In this document: positions 37,354 to 47,861 of the stretch, in pieces
How the letters are laid out: every line of letters starts with the position of its first letter
How positions within the stretch are numbered: the stretch's first letter is position 1
Assembly (NCBI GenBank): GCA_945833805.1
Contig: CAMAGG010000001.1
Location: forward strand, 1-49,421
Origin: an uncultured Clostridia bacterium
GTDB taxonomy: Bacteria > Bacillota > Clostridia > Oscillospirales > Ruminococcaceae
Reading direction: 5' to 3'
DNA length: 49,421 bases
The notes under the pieces: generated by a model
What the model saw: the letters and a program-made list of their open reading frames with translations, nothing else
Told to the model about the DNA's origin: nothing
Database searches by the model: none
Translations under genes and position numbers: made by a program

Positions 37354-37971
37354 CTACTTTTTCGGATCGATGAATTCTCTGTAATCGTACAGATATTTTA
37401 TTCCGGAAGCCAAAGTAAGCCCTGCCGAAACGTACATCAATATATCGCTGATAATCTGTATCGGGAAATCCAGCGCCTGCGGAACATATTCATAAATCCC
37501 CATCCACTGACCTGCGTCATAGATCACACCGAATCCCTCAAGTATATGCATGAACAGTATCACGCAAATCGCCACCATAGTGACCGCGGTCTTTATCTTG
37601 CCAAGCCACCCCGCAGGAATTACGACTTTCTTCTCACTTCCCGCGGCAACAAGCCTCACCCCGGACACAACGAACTCTCTTGCGAGAATGATACACACCA
37701 CCCACGCGGAAGTCCAGCGCAGCTCCACAAAGCACACAAGCGCCGACGCCACCAGTATCTTGTCCGCCAGCGGGTCAAGGAACTTTCCGAAGCTAGTTAT
37801 CATGTTGTATTTCCGGGCGATCTTTCCGTCCAGCATATCCGTAATGCTGGCGACAATGAACAATATCAGCGCATACAGATAACGGTGCTCTATTCCGGTG
37901 AAGCACATGAAAAAAACGAAAAACGGGACGATGATTACCCGGAACAATGTCAGCTTATTTGCTAAATTCAT
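37354..37971 (-). CDS. pgsA: CDP-diacylglycerol--glycerol-3-phosphate 3-phosphatidyltransferase
   Basis: NLANKLT..R; DMLDGKIAR...TSFGKFLDPLADK. Confidence 0.95.
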   Translation of the reverse strand: MNLANKLTLFRVIIVPFFVFFMCFTGIEHRYLYALILFIVASITDMLDGKIARKYNMITSFGKFLDPLADKILVASALVCFVELRWTSAWVVCIILAREFVVSGVRLVAAGSEKKVVIPAGWLGKIKTAVTMVAICVILFMHILEGFGVIYDAGQWMGIYEYVPQALDFPIQIISDILMYVSAGLTLASGIKYLYDYREFIDPKK

Positions 37972-39344
37972 ACCATTTCTCCCAGAAGATTATTGTCGAT
38001 CACATCGTCAAAGCGTACATTCACAAAATCCCCGATAACAGGCTTTTTCATGCCCTTTGGCACGCTGAAATATATCATTCCGTCTATCTCCGGGGCAAAC
38101 ATCGCGCTTCTTCCGAAAAACAGCCCGCCCTCGGCAAGGTACTTGTCAAAGCCCTCAACGACTACCTCGTCGGTCTGACCTATCATCGCGCCGTACATCT
38201 CCGCAACTCTGGTGTCCTGCTGCTCCTCAAGTATCTCCTTGCGGTGTTCCCGAACCTCCTCGTCCACCTGATCCGGGAAGGTCGCCGCCGGAGTTCCCTC
38301 CTCCTCGGAGTAGGCAAAGCAGCCCATGCGCTCAAACCTCATCTCCTCGGCAAACTCGCCCAGCTTGTTGAACTGCTCCTCGGTTTCACCGGGGAAACCG
38401 GTGATAAACGTTGTTCTGAGCGTAATTCCCGGAATTTCCCTGCGCAGCTTTGCAACCAGATCCCGCAGACTGTCCCCGGTGCATTTTCTGTTCATGCGCT
38501 TAAGAATTGCGTCGTCACAGTGCTGCATCGGAATGTCAAGATACTTCACGATCTTTGGCTGGCGCTTCATGCAGTCGATAAGCTCGTCTGTTATCCTTTC
38601 CGGATAGCAGTATAGCATTCTTATCCACTTAATCCCCTCGATCTCACAAAGCTTATCCAGAAGCTCCGGCAGAGCAAGTTTGTTATATAGGTCAAGACCA
38701 TAGCGGGACACGTCCTGAGCGATGATAACTAGCTCCTTTACGCCGTCATTGGCGAGCAGCCGTGCTTCCTCAACGATGTCCTCCATTTTCCGGCTTCTGA
38801 AACGACCTCTTATCGCCGGGATAGCGCAGTAGGTACAGAAGTTGTCGCAGCCGTCCGCGATCCTGAGATAAGCGTAATGCGGCAGCGTTGAGATAATGCG
38901 CTTGCCCTCCATGCTGTGGCTTTCTTTCCTGCCAAAGTAGCAGGCGGCAGGAGAGCCCTCGGTGCGCTCCGGTGAAGTTCCCTCGGAAAGTCCGTCGATG
39001 ATGTCCGCAATTCTGCCGTACTCAGAAATTCCAACTACCGCGTCCACCTCCGGGAATTCCTCGGCGAACTGATCACGGTAGCGCTCGCTAAGACAGCCTG
39101 TCACCACAATGCGCTTTATCCTGCCCTCGTTCTTAAGCTCGATCAGCTCCATTATCCAGCCGATCGCTTCTTCCTTTGCGGACTGGATAAAACCGCAGGT
39201 GTTCACCAGCACTATATCCGCCATGCCCGGCTCTGCAACAAAGGCATAGCCTCTGTCAGCGATCTTTGCCATCATCTGCTCCGCGTCTACCTGATTTTTC
39301 GCGCAGCCAAGCGACACGATCGCAACCTTAGTATTCTTTGCCAT
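37968..39344 (-). CDS. rimO: Ribosomal protein S12 methylthiotransferase
   Basis: SLGCAKN, NTCGFI, GCDNFCTYC, APEIDG TRAM domain. Confidence 0.95.
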   Translation of the reverse strand: MAKNTKVAIVSLGCAKNQVDAEQMMAKIADRGYAFVAEPGMADIVLVNTCGFIQSAKEEAIGWIMELIELKNEGRIKRIVVTGCLSERYRDQFAEEFPEVDAVVGISEYGRIADIIDGLSEGTSPERTEGSPAACYFGRKESHSMEGKRIISTLPHYAYLRIADGCDNFCTYCAIPAIRGRFRSRKMEDIVEEARLLANDGVKELVIIAQDVSRYGLDLYNKLALPELLDKLCEIEGIKWIRMLYCYPERITDELIDCMKRQPKIVKYLDIPMQHCDDAILKRMNRKCTGDSLRDLVAKLRREIPGITLRTTFITGFPGETEEQFNKLGEFAEEMRFERMGCFAYSEEEGTPAATFPDQVDEEVREHRKEILEEQQDTRVAEMYGAMIGQTDEVVVEGFDKYLAEGGLFFGRSAMFAPEIDGMIYFSVPKGMKKPVIGDFVNVRFDDVIDNNLLGEMV

Positions 39345-39352
39345 AAAGTTAT

Positions 39353-40048
39353 TTATCCCCCAAATTGATCCTCAAATTCCTCCGGGTCGAAGTCCTCCTG
39401 CTCCCGAAGCAGCTTTTCAATGCAGCGCTTCACCGAATGATAGCCGTAGCCCCGCCTTGCCAGCGCGGCGATAGTCCGGCGGCGGTCGTCCGGGTCGCTT
39501 ATCTTTTCGCTGTATTTTGTTTCCAGCAGGCGCATTATCTCCTCGTCTATCTCGTCCTCGGTATACTGCGCCAGAACGTCGTCAATAAGATTTCTGTCAA
39601 GTCCCCGGAGCTGCATTTCCCAGCGGGTCTTCTGCATTCCGTAATGCTTGCCGTGAATGAGCTTCTCCGCAAGCTTTTCGGCATAATCCTCGTCGTCAAT
39701 GTAGCCGTACTCACGCATTGCGTCCGCCGCCGCCCGGGAAGCCTCCTCGCCGTAGGTCGGCAGCAGCTTCTTGTACAGCTCGTTATAGCAGTACATACGG
39801 CTGCCCAGAAGATAAAGCGCGCGCTTTTTCGCCTTTCGCAGCTTGTCTGCGTGCTGAAGCTTTTCAAGCAGCTCTCCGTCCATTTCTCCGCCCTCGTGCA
39901 GGTCGTAGTCCGCAACGATCGCGCAGTTCAGGAAGAAAGTCTGCCCATCCTCCAGTTCCAGCTTGTATGTATCGCCCTTGTACACCGACAGCTCTGTTAT
40001 CATGCCGCCCCGGAAGTCCTCGCTGCGGTAATCCGCCAGTCGCTTCAT
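39353..40048 (-). CDS. recX: Regulatory protein RecX
   Basis: ALYLL, GYIDDEDYA, LARRGY; immediately downstream of recA. Confidence 0.88.
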   Translation of the reverse strand: MKRLADYRSEDFRGGMITELSVYKGDTYKLELEDGQTFFLNCAIVADYDLHEGGEMDGELLEKLQHADKLRKAKKRALYLLGSRMYCYNELYKKLLPTYGEEASRAAADAMREYGYIDDEDYAEKLAEKLIHGKHYGMQKTRWEMQLRGLDRNLIDDVLAQYTEDEIDEEIMRLLETKYSEKISDPDDRRRTIAALARRGYGYHSVKRCIEKLLREQEDFDPEEFEDQFGG

Positions 40049-40051
40049 GGA

Positions 40052-41245
40052 TTATTCAATATCCTCCGGTGAGAACTCTGCGTAATCATCATCGTCAGAA
40101 TCCTGCTCCGGCTTCTTTGCGGGCTTTTTACCGCCGTTATCTTCTGCGGAGATATCCTCGCTGCCCTCGTCCTCGTCATCGCTTGAAAGGCTGTCCAGCA
40201 GAGAGGAATTCTTCGCGAACTCCTCGCGGATCTTCTTTTCGATCTCATTGCAGATGTCGGTGTTCGCCTTGAGATAGTCAAGCACCTTGTCGCGGCCCTG
40301 ACCGATCTTCATATCATTGTAGCTGAACCAGCTTCCGCTCTTCTTCACGATGTTGAATTCAACCGCAGTATCCACGATCTCGCCCATCTTGGAAACGCCC
40401 TCGCCGTACAGGATATCAAATTCCGCAGTCTTGAAGGGAGGCGCAACCTTGTTCTTTACTACCTTGCACTTGGTGCGGTTTCCGATTATCTCGCCGCCAT
40501 CCTTGATCGGCTCGCCGCGTCTTACCTCGATTCTGACGGAGGAATAGAATTTCAGCGCGCGTCCGCCGGGAGTGGTTTCCGGGTTGCCGTACATTACGCC
40601 GATCTTCTCTCTTATCTGGTTGATGAAGATAGCTACGGTGTTGGTGGTGCTGATTACTGCGGTGAGCTTTCTCATCGCCTGCGACATAAGTCTAGCCTGA
40701 ACGCCCACATGAGCGTCGCCCATATCGCCGTCTATCTCTGCCTTTGTGGTCATTGCTGCAACCGAATCGAGCACGATAATATCTATCGCGCCGGATCTGA
40801 TCAGCGTTTCAATGATCTCCAGAGCCTGCTCACCGGTGTCCGGCTGAGAAACCAGCAGGTTGTCGATATCAACCCCCAGCTTTCTCGCGTAAACCGGATC
40901 GAGTGCGTGCTCAACGTCGATGAACGCAGCCATTCCGCCTGCTTTCTGCGCCTCTGCCACCGCCTGAAGTGAAATTGTCGTCTTACCGGAGGACTCTGTG
41001 CCGTATATCTCAATGATACGGCCTCTGGGAAGTCCGCCGATACCCAGCGCCAGATCAAGCATCAGCGAACCGGTGGAAATGCTCTCAATATCCATGCGGC
41101 GGTTTTCGCCCATGAACATTACAGTACCCTCGCCGAACTTCTTTTCAAGCTGCGCCATTGCGCTTTTCAGCACCTTTTCGCGCTCCGCCGGGTCAACAAC
41201 TCTCGTTACCGGCTTTACCACCGCGTTCTTTTTCTTGTCAGCCAT
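40052..41245 (-). CDS. recA: Recombinase RecA with long acidic C-terminal tail
   Basis: [44 protein letters not shown]. Confidence 0.98.
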   Translation of the reverse strand: MADKKKNAVVKPVTRVVDPAEREKVLKSAMAQLEKKFGEGTVMFMGENRRMDIESISTGSLMLDLALGIGGLPRGRIIEIYGTESSGKTTISLQAVAEAQKAGGMAAFIDVEHALDPVYARKLGVDIDNLLVSQPDTGEQALEIIETLIRSGAIDIIVLDSVAAMTTKAEIDGDMGDAHVGVQARLMSQAMRKLTAVISTTNTVAIFINQIREKIGVMYGNPETTPGGRALKFYSSVRIEVRRGEPIKDGGEIIGNRTKCKVVKNKVAPPFKTAEFDILYGEGVSKMGEIVDTAVEFNIVKKSGSWFSYNDMKIGQGRDKVLDYLKANTDICNEIEKKIREEFAKNSSLLDSLSSDDEDEGSEDISAEDNGGKKPAKKPEQDSDDDDYAEFSPEDIE

Positions 41246-41249
41246 TTTA

Positions 41250-42116
41250 TTATCCTCCGTTTTTTATTCCGTATATTACCCTTATGATACCGCACATATC
41301 CTTTTCATACTGCGCCCCGATGCCGCTTTGTTCAAATATCCTCATTACCTCCCGCTCCTGCCCCATGCCGATCTCTGCGGCAAGCATTCCGCCGGGTTTG
41401 AGCCTTCTGCTCCACAGCGGGATCATTCTGCGGTAGTAGTCCAGACCGTCCTCGCCGCCGTACAGCGCCGATTCCGGCTCATATCCCACCTCGGTCTGAA
41501 GCTCCCGCATATCCTGCGCGGTCAGATAAGGCGGATTTGTAACTATCAGGTCAAGCTGCGGCATTTCCTCCGCTGTTTTTTCCGAAAGCACGTCTGCATG
41601 GACTGCTTCGCACAGGCTATCAACTCCGTTCAGCGTGATATTTCTCCGCAGATAGCCCAGCGCCTGCTCCGACAGTTCCAGAAGCTTCACCGGGACTCCG
41701 GTGAGCTTCGCCAGCGTAATGCCGATACAGCCGCTCCCGGCGCACAAGTCCGCTGCGAGAGATCCCGGATTTCCGTGTTTTTTCGCATAGTCAAGCGCAA
41801 TCTCCGCGATTATCTCCGTGTCCTGCCGTGGGATAAGTACCCCCTCGCCCACATAAAACGGAAGCCCGTAAAACTCCCACTCGCCGAGAATGTATTGCAG
41901 CGGCTCGCCGGAGATCCTGCGGGAAACAAAGTCCTCGATCGTATCAAGCTGCACCGCATTCACCCCCCGCTCCGGGTCGGTAAGGAGATCTTTTCTATCA
42001 GCGCCGCAAGCCGCCATAACAAGATGCTCCGCCTCGAACCGTGGATTGTCGTTGCCGCTGTCGGTCAGCAGCTTCGCGCATTCCCTCAGCAGTCCGCCTA
42101 ACGTCCGCGCCGTCAC
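41250..42116 (-). CDS. prmC: Release factor glutamine methyltransferase
   Basis: [39 protein letters not shown]. Confidence 0.95.
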   Translation of the reverse strand: MTARTLGGLLRECAKLLTDSGNDNPRFEAEHLVMAACGADRKDLLTDPERGVNAVQLDTIEDFVSRRISGEPLQYILGEWEFYGLPFYVGEGVLIPRQDTEIIAEIALDYAKKHGNPGSLAADLCAGSGCIGITLAKLTGVPVKLLELSEQALGYLRRNITLNGVDSLCEAVHADVLSEKTAEEMPQLDLIVTNPPYLTAQDMRELQTEVGYEPESALYGGEDGLDYYRRMIPLWSRRLKPGGMLAAEIGMGQEREVMRIFEQSGIGAQYEKDMCGIIRVIYGIKNGG

Positions 42117-43177
42117 CAGTTATCGTCCTCTCCGTCCTTTGGCAGGCAGGGAGTTACCGCCGCGATCGCCACCTCGATCATGGAATCATCCGGCTCCTTG
42201 GTGGTTATTCTCTGCATCCACAGTCCCGGAGCAGAAAAAACCTTTGTAAGAATATTGTCATACCGTCCCGCAAGCCGGATAAGCTCATAGGCAAAGCCCA
42301 CCACCAGCGGCAGCAGAAGTAGCTTGCACACTGTTCTGAGCAGGATAGCAATTGTGTCGCTGCTTGTGTGGAGCAGTTCCTTGAAAAGCTCCGGAGTGAT
42401 CGGCACAATGCTGTACACCAGAATGCTTACAAGAAGCGTGATTATGATGAAACTTGTTCCGCAGCGGGGGTGAAAGCGGCACATCGGGCGGATATTCTCC
42501 ACCGTCAGCGGCTTTCCCGCTTCATAGCAGGCAATGGTCTTGTGCTCCGCGCCGTGATAGCGGTACATTCTGCGCATATCCTTTGTGCAGGAGGTTATTG
42601 CCATATACGCCACGAACAAAATAATTTTCATGACTCCCTCAAAGGTGGTTCTCCATGCGGAAATATCCACAGATTTCACCATGAGGCAGCTTCCCTCCGG
42701 CAGTCCCGGAAGCACTCCCGCGAGATCGCTCAGCGGCTCTGTCGGAAGAAGGCACTCAATACCCGTGAACAGGTAGCTTGGCAGAAGCAGGAACAAAAAC
42801 ACCGCCAGCGCAATTCCCAGCACCATAGCAATTCCCATGATAAGCCCGGTCAGCTTGTCGCCGAGTTTCTCGTCCAGCCACTTCTCGAACTTTGACTCCT
42901 CTTCCTCGGCGTCCTCGTCCATCATTCCGCTTTTTTCAGCGGATTTCATCAGGCATTTATAGCCCTCTCCCAGCTGCTGCACAAAATTGATGCCGCCGCG
43001 GATTATCGGGCATTTGTTGTACCACTTTTTCGGTTTCAGATCCCATTCCTCAACGTCAATGCCGCCGTCCTTGAGCCTTACCGCCATAGCGCCCTTTGAA
43101 ACGCCCTTCATCATAATTCCCTCGATCAGCGCCTGACCGCCGACCGTGGTTTTCTTTCCTGTATTTTTACTGCCCAT
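42113..43177 (-). CDS. DUF1385 family membrane protein
   Basis: GGQALIEG, YHGAEHK, HPRCGTSF, PGLWMQRITT.EP. Start at 43177 (track 43195). Confidence 0.9.
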   Translation of the reverse strand: MGSKNTGKKTTVGGQALIEGIMMKGVSKGAMAVRLKDGGIDVEEWDLKPKKWYNKCPIIRGGINFVQQLGEGYKCLMKSAEKSGMMDEDAEEEESKFEKWLDEKLGDKLTGLIMGIAMVLGIALAVFLFLLLPSYLFTGIECLLPTEPLSDLAGVLPGLPEGSCLMVKSVDISAWRTTFEGVMKIILFVAYMAITSCTKDMRRMYRYHGAEHKTIACYEAGKPLTVENIRPMCRFHPRCGTSFIIITLLVSILVYSIVPITPELFKELLHTSSDTIAILLRTVCKLLLLPLVVGFAYELIRLAGRYDNILTKVFSAPGLWMQRITTKEPDDSMIEVAIAAVTPCLPKDGEDDNW

Positions 43178-44615
43178 CAGGGTCGCTCCTCTCATTCATC
43201 TGCTTCAGCGGAAGTGTTATCGTGACGGTGGTTCCCTTGCATAACTCGCTTGCGATATCCAGCGTTCCACCGTGCATCGAGATTATCTCATCCGCCACCG
43301 CAAGCCCGATGCCGCTTCCACGGCGGGTGCTGTTCGCCTTGTAGAACTTCGCCTTCACCTTCGGAAGATCCGCCGCTGAAATTCCTATTCCCGTGTCGGA
43401 AACGATGATCGACAGGCTGTCGCTGCCTTTCTCAACGGAGATGTCCACGCTTCCGCCGGGGTCTGTGTATTTTATTGCATTATCAATGACATTTATAAAC
43501 ACCTGCCTAAGCCGGTTCTTGTCGCCGTAAACCACGCACAGCGACTCCGGTTCGGTATAGCGTATCGTCTTGTTCTCTTTTTTCGCCTTGTCGGTGTAGA
43601 TAAGCAGCGCGTCGTCCAGCTCCGCGATGATATCTGTGTTCGCCATTTGGAGCGTGAATCTGCCGTTCTGTATCCTTGAGAAGTCCAGCAGCTCCTCCAC
43701 CATGCTCTCAAGCCGCCCGGTTTCATGGGTGATAACCGTCATTCCCTTGCGGTAGGTTTCCTCATCGTATCCCGCCGCCAGCGTTTCGCTCCACCCCTTG
43801 ATAGCGGTGAGCGGCGTTCTGAGCTCGTGCGACACAGAGGATATGAAGTCGTTCTTTATCGACTCGGAATTTTCCAGCTCGTCCGCCATGTCGTTGAACA
43901 CCTGCGACAGCTCGCCTATCTCGTCCTTGTTGCGTATCGCGATACGCTCCGAGAAATCGCCCTTTGCGAGCTTTTTCGCGGTAATGCTGATCTGCATAAG
44001 CGGCGCGCAGATTGATTTTACAAAGTACATTCCGCTGCACACCACCAGCAGGATAATTCCCGCGCTGATAAGAAGCGCCGCCAGCATGACCGCCGAAAGT
44101 TGACTATCGATAAGCGTCATCGAAGTGACATAACGCAGCGCGTTGTAATTGCTGCTCGGCTGAGCAATGATAACTGTCACGGCGATAATATTTTCCCCGG
44201 TCTCATAGCCGTGGAATACCCCAACACCGTCCTCCGCCTTCAAAGCCGCCTCATAGTCCGGCATATTGTAGCTCTCGTCCGGAGAAAATCCGCTGCTGCT
44301 GAGAGTTACCTCGCCGTTCTTGTTAATGGACATCATTTCCATCTGCTCTTTTTTTTCAAAGCCCTCGATAAGCTCCCGCACCTCGGAGGAGTAATTCACC
44401 GCCATGTCCTCGTAAAGCCGCGAAAGAACAGTTGCCGTGGCGTTTGCCTCTGATATGAGGTAATTTTCCGCCGAGCCGTAATAGTACTGCCGGGTGAAAT
44501 AATATATGCAGACATTCGCAATAACCAGAAGAATTCCGACCACGCTGAGCGTGTTGAACATCCACCTGCCGGCAATGGAGCTGCGAAGTCCCATTCGCGC
44601 TGCTTTTCTATCCAT
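43167..44615 (-). CDS. HAMP-domain sensor histidine kinase
   Basis: Two TM segments, HAMP, SHELRTPL (H-box), N, G1 and G2 boxes. TGATG coupling with the response regulator. Confidence 0.93.
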   Translation of the reverse strand: MDRKAARMGLRSSIAGRWMFNTLSVVGILLVIANVCIYYFTRQYYYGSAENYLISEANATATVLSRLYEDMAVNYSSEVRELIEGFEKKEQMEMMSINKNGEVTLSSSGFSPDESYNMPDYEAALKAEDGVGVFHGYETGENIIAVTVIIAQPSSNYNALRYVTSMTLIDSQLSAVMLAALLISAGIILLVVCSGMYFVKSICAPLMQISITAKKLAKGDFSERIAIRNKDEIGELSQVFNDMADELENSESIKNDFISSVSHELRTPLTAIKGWSETLAAGYDEETYRKGMTVITHETGRLESMVEELLDFSRIQNGRFTLQMANTDIIAELDDALLIYTDKAKKENKTIRYTEPESLCVVYGDKNRLRQVFINVIDNAIKYTDPGGSVDISVEKGSDSLSIIVSDTGIGISAADLPKVKAKFYKANSTRRGSGIGLAVADEIISMHGGTLDIASELCKGTTVTITLPLKQMNERSDPDGQ

Positions 44616-45310
44616 CAGCCGTTCCACTTATAGCCGAAGCCCCAGATAGTCTGAATGTACTGCGGATTTGAGGGATCTTCCTCAATTTTCATGCGAAGCC
44701 GCCGGATATTTACATCGACTACTTTATCGTCGCCATAATAAGCCTCGCCCCATATGTGGTGCAGGATAGTCTTTCTGTCCAGCGCAGTGCCGCGGTTCTT
44801 CAACAGATATTCCATGATGTGATATTCCACCTGAGTAAGCTCTATCGGATCTCCGTTTTTCAGCACCGTTCGGCTCTGATAGTCCAGAGTAAACGGTCCG
44901 GAAACGATATTCTTCACCGTTTCCTGCCGTGACTGGCTGACATTCACGCGGCGGTAAATCGCGTCCACCCTCGCCACCAGCTCCGACGGCGAAAAGGGCT
45001 TCGTAACATAATCGTCCGCGCCTATCATCAGACAATTCACTTTGTCCATTTCCTGACTCTTCGCCGACAGCATGATTATGCCGATCTCGCTACTCTGCTC
45101 CCTTATCCAGCGGCAGAGAGCGAAGCCGTCCATTCCGGGCATCATTATATCCAGAAGAGCCACGTCAAAGTTGCCCTTCTGCTCGGTGTAGACTTTCACT
45201 GCGTCCTCGCCGCAGGAAACGTCCACCACATCGTAGCCCGATCTTACAAGATTTATTACAACGAAGTCGCGGATAGCGTCCTCGTCCTCGCAAACCAAGA
45301 TCCTTTTCAT
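44615..45310 (-). CDS. OmpR/PhoB family response regulator
   Basis: EDE, LDIMMP (Asp), KPF, VDVNIRRLR, TIWGFGY. Start at ATG 45310 (track 45331). Confidence 0.93.
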   Translation of the reverse strand: MKRILVCEDEDAIRDFVVINLVRSGYDVVDVSCGEDAVKVYTEQKGNFDVALLDIMMPGMDGFALCRWIREQSSEIGIIMLSAKSQEMDKVNCLMIGADDYVTKPFSPSELVARVDAIYRRVNVSQSRQETVKNIVSGPFTLDYQSRTVLKNGDPIELTQVEYHIMEYLLKNRGTALDRKTILHHIWGEAYYGDDKVVDVNIRRLRMKIEEDPSNPQYIQTIWGFGYKWNG

Positions 45311-45327
45311 ACTTCCCCTTTCCGCTG

Positions 45328-46677
45328 TCACAGAACAATAAAGCAGTTCTGAAACTCGCTTTCCGTCAGCGCCAGATTTCCGGTGAGATATCCCGCGGTT
45401 TCCTTCAGGCAGATTATGCTGTCCTCGCTCTCGCCGATCATGCGGTAGTCCTTTGAATTCACCAGCGCCTCGGTATCGTCCTTGTCGATAGTGCGTATTC
45501 TCATCAGCTCGGTATTTTCATCTACCGTCAGCCCCGATTCTGAGTTGTACGAGATGAAAATTATCTCGTTGTCCTGATAGTTCACCACCGCCGAAACAAC
45601 TCCCTGCCAGCGGCTGGGGAAGATCAGCACAAAATTGTATTTGCTGCTGTAATAGCCGTAATATTCCCGCTTGTAGCAGTTATCCTCCACCATGTACCAT
45701 TCCACCGCACAAAGCTGTTCTGAACGCTGTAAGGTCTCATAGCCCGGCAATGGTGTCATGGAAGGTATCTCAACAAATCCGTCGCGGTCGATATCCATGC
45801 TGCGTATCTCAGTCATGTAATCGTTGGTAAAACGGTTGATGACGTTAGAGGGAATGCCGTCCGACCCTATCCATAGATTCACAGGGCTTCTCAGCCGTCC
45901 GCCGATGCAGTATATGACATCAGTGCCGTACTGACCTCCGCCCCGGCTGTAATCCAGAAACAGCGCCGTAGTCGCCTCGTCCAGCTGTCCCTTTGTTACG
46001 CTGACATATTCGGCAGATACCCCGCTCAGCGGAGTTTCGCCAAGCTTCTGAAAGCCGTTTTCACTCTTGGTGAACATCACCGCAGAAGCCGTCTGGTTAG
46101 CCTTATCCGGAATGACCGTAACAAGCTCCTGCTCGCCGTCATCATTGAGGTCTATTACCTCCATGCAGGCATAGCTGCCGCTGTAAAGCTCGGAAATAAT
46201 CCCGCTGCCGTAATTAAGTACGCTCACCGTCTTTTCCGTCTGGTTGAGCATGGAATAGCACACGATTATCTCAGTTGTCTTTCCATCTCCAAGACTCGCA
46301 AAGCTGATGCTGTCGATCTCGCTTCCAACACAGGCAAGGTCGTACACAGCCTCCCACTGACCCTCGTTCTGATCAAGCACCTTGAGCCGCAAAGCGCTCT
46401 CGCCGGACTGTACCGACTGGGACTCGTAGAATACCAGAGCTTCGTTTTCCGGCTCGCCGTCTATGTTCTGGAGAACAAAAGCCGAACGGAATTCGCCGCC
46501 GCGGGGATATTTCAGCTTGATAGAGCTGCCGGAGCTGTTTATCAGCGCCTGATATATCTCGCTCTGCTCCTGCGTCAGCTTTGGCGCGGTGAGGAGATTT
46601 TCCACCGATGCGCCGGAACAGCCGCTCAGCATTCCGACCGCCGCGATAAGCGCAGCCGCACGGCAGAGCCTTTTCAC
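45328..46677 (-). CDS. Lipoprotein with FG-GAP/VCBS-like Ca-binding repeats
   Basis: Lipobox LSG-C. Motifs NIDGEPENE, DLNDDGEQEL, DIDRDGFVEI. GTG start at 46677 after GAGGAG (track 46692). Confidence 0.75.
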   Translation of the reverse strand: MKRLCRAAALIAAVGMLSGCSGASVENLLTAPKLTQEQSEIYQALINSSGSSIKLKYPRGGEFRSAFVLQNIDGEPENEALVFYESQSVQSGESALRLKVLDQNEGQWEAVYDLACVGSEIDSISFASLGDGKTTEIIVCYSMLNQTEKTVSVLNYGSGIISELYSGSYACMEVIDLNDDGEQELVTVIPDKANQTASAVMFTKSENGFQKLGETPLSGVSAEYVSVTKGQLDEATTALFLDYSRGGGQYGTDVIYCIGGRLRSPVNLWIGSDGIPSNVINRFTNDYMTEIRSMDIDRDGFVEIPSMTPLPGYETLQRSEQLCAVEWYMVEDNCYKREYYGYYSSKYNFVLIFPSRWQGVVSAVVNYQDNEIIFISYNSESGLTVDENTELMRIRTIDKDDTEALVNSKDYRMIGESEDSIICLKETAGYLTGNLALTESEFQNCFIVL

Positions 46678-46681
46678 AGCC

Positions 46682-47647
46682 TTACTCCTCATCGGCGCTA
46701 TCCGGTAAAGCTTCCGGCTCTCCGGACTCCTCGGCGATATTTTCAGCCGCAGACTTTGGCTGCATATATAGCGCGATAAGCGTCACGACTATGAATATTC
46801 CCGCCGCGGTCACAGGTATCGGCATATAACTCATATAATACGCGTCCCTGCCATGCGCCAGCTGATACAGCATCTCAGCCTCGTTTTCAGAGGTCACGAT
46901 ACGGGAGGCAGCCTCCGCAGGGCCGGCAAGAGAAGCCGTGATCACCGCTATCGAGTTACCGAGGATAGTCACCGCAGCAACAGCGCCGGAAACCGTAAGT
47001 GCTTCCCTTGTGCGCTTTCCCTCGTTTCCGGAAAGGAACTTCGCCAGCTGCATAAAGAATATCGCTGCAAATATCACCGACATACAGTTGATCAGGTACT
47101 CAGGAACAGTGGTTACAGCCATTTTTTCAAGGAAAACGCCAATTCCGCGCAGGGTATAATATCCCGCCCCGGATACCACTGAAAATCCAAGTCCCGGCTT
47201 AAACTCCTTGAAATACATTATCATGAATGCCGAAACCAGCATTGCCGCGCCGAACAGGAAATTCACCACGACCATGAACGGAGAGGGCGAAATGTTGCTG
47301 CTCTCAGGGATCACCGCTTCGCAATATCCCTCGTACAGCGCCGCCATTCCCGGCAGCAGAAGTGCAAATCCTATTGCTGCGGCTCTGCCGTCGGTTATGC
47401 GTTCGACCGGAGTATTGTAAAACGCGCTGTTGTTCTTTTTTCTGTCCAGAACCGCCGCAGCTACTGCCGCCGCAAGGGTCAGGACTATCGCTCCCCAGAA
47501 GCAGAAGTCCATAAAGAACCCATTGTCGTCCTTGAGAAATCCCGAAGTCATATCAGTGCCTGCGCAAATCTGCACAACTCTTGCCGCAAACGCCAGCGCC
47601 CACGCCGGAATAAGCAGCCACAGCCCTATTCTGCTGTTATTCTTCAT
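46682..47647 (-). CDS. Polytopic membrane protein of unknown function
   Basis: About 8 hydrophobic segments, acidic C-terminal tail, AAGGAG RBS. Confidence 0.75.
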   Translation of the reverse strand: MKNNSRIGLWLLIPAWALAFAARVVQICAGTDMTSGFLKDDNGFFMDFCFWGAIVLTLAAAVAAAVLDRKKNNSAFYNTPVERITDGRAAAIGFALLLPGMAALYEGYCEAVIPESSNISPSPFMVVVNFLFGAAMLVSAFMIMYFKEFKPGLGFSVVSGAGYYTLRGIGVFLEKMAVTTVPEYLINCMSVIFAAIFFMQLAKFLSGNEGKRTREALTVSGAVAAVTILGNSIAVITASLAGPAEAASRIVTSENEAEMLYQLAHGRDAYYMSYMPIPVTAAGIFIVVTLIALYMQPKSAAENIAEESGEPEALPDSADEE

Positions 47648-47733
47648 AATTTATTAAGCTCCTTATCATAATACAAAAATTGTAAATATGTCATTGAGCG
47701 TTGACTTACCACGTTTCAAGCATATCTCATATT

Positions 47734-47762
47734 ATTTTACCACATATTTATATAGAATTCAA
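47734..47762 (-). promoter_or_regulatory. SigA promoter heading the membrane protein-TCS-recA operon
   Basis: TTGAAT-N17-TAAAAT with TGTG extension. Confidence 0.7.
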
Positions 47763-47802
47763 GTCCTTTTTGTGGTTTTCACAAGAATTACACCCGTGGC
47801 TG

Positions 47803-47831
47803 TTGACAAACCGCTCGAATTGTTGTAGAAT
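47803..47831 (+). promoter_or_regulatory. SigA promoter of pnuC
   Basis: TTGACA-N17-TAGAAT. Confidence 0.75.
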
Positions 47832-47861
47832 TATTTAATTGATGAATTTACGGAGGGATAT

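Noticed and set aside
40998-42101. 367-aa plus-strand ORF antisense to recA/prmC, and similar long antisense ORFs such as 2434-3180, 9411-10262 and 25866-26639
   Set aside because: Explained by codon bias of the real minus-strand genes; no motifs or RBS support.
47648-47861. Riboswitch or NrdR/NrtR site upstream of pnuC
   Set aside because: The leader after the promoter is only about 25 nt and no convincing palindrome or consensus was seen; the space is accounted for by divergent promoters.
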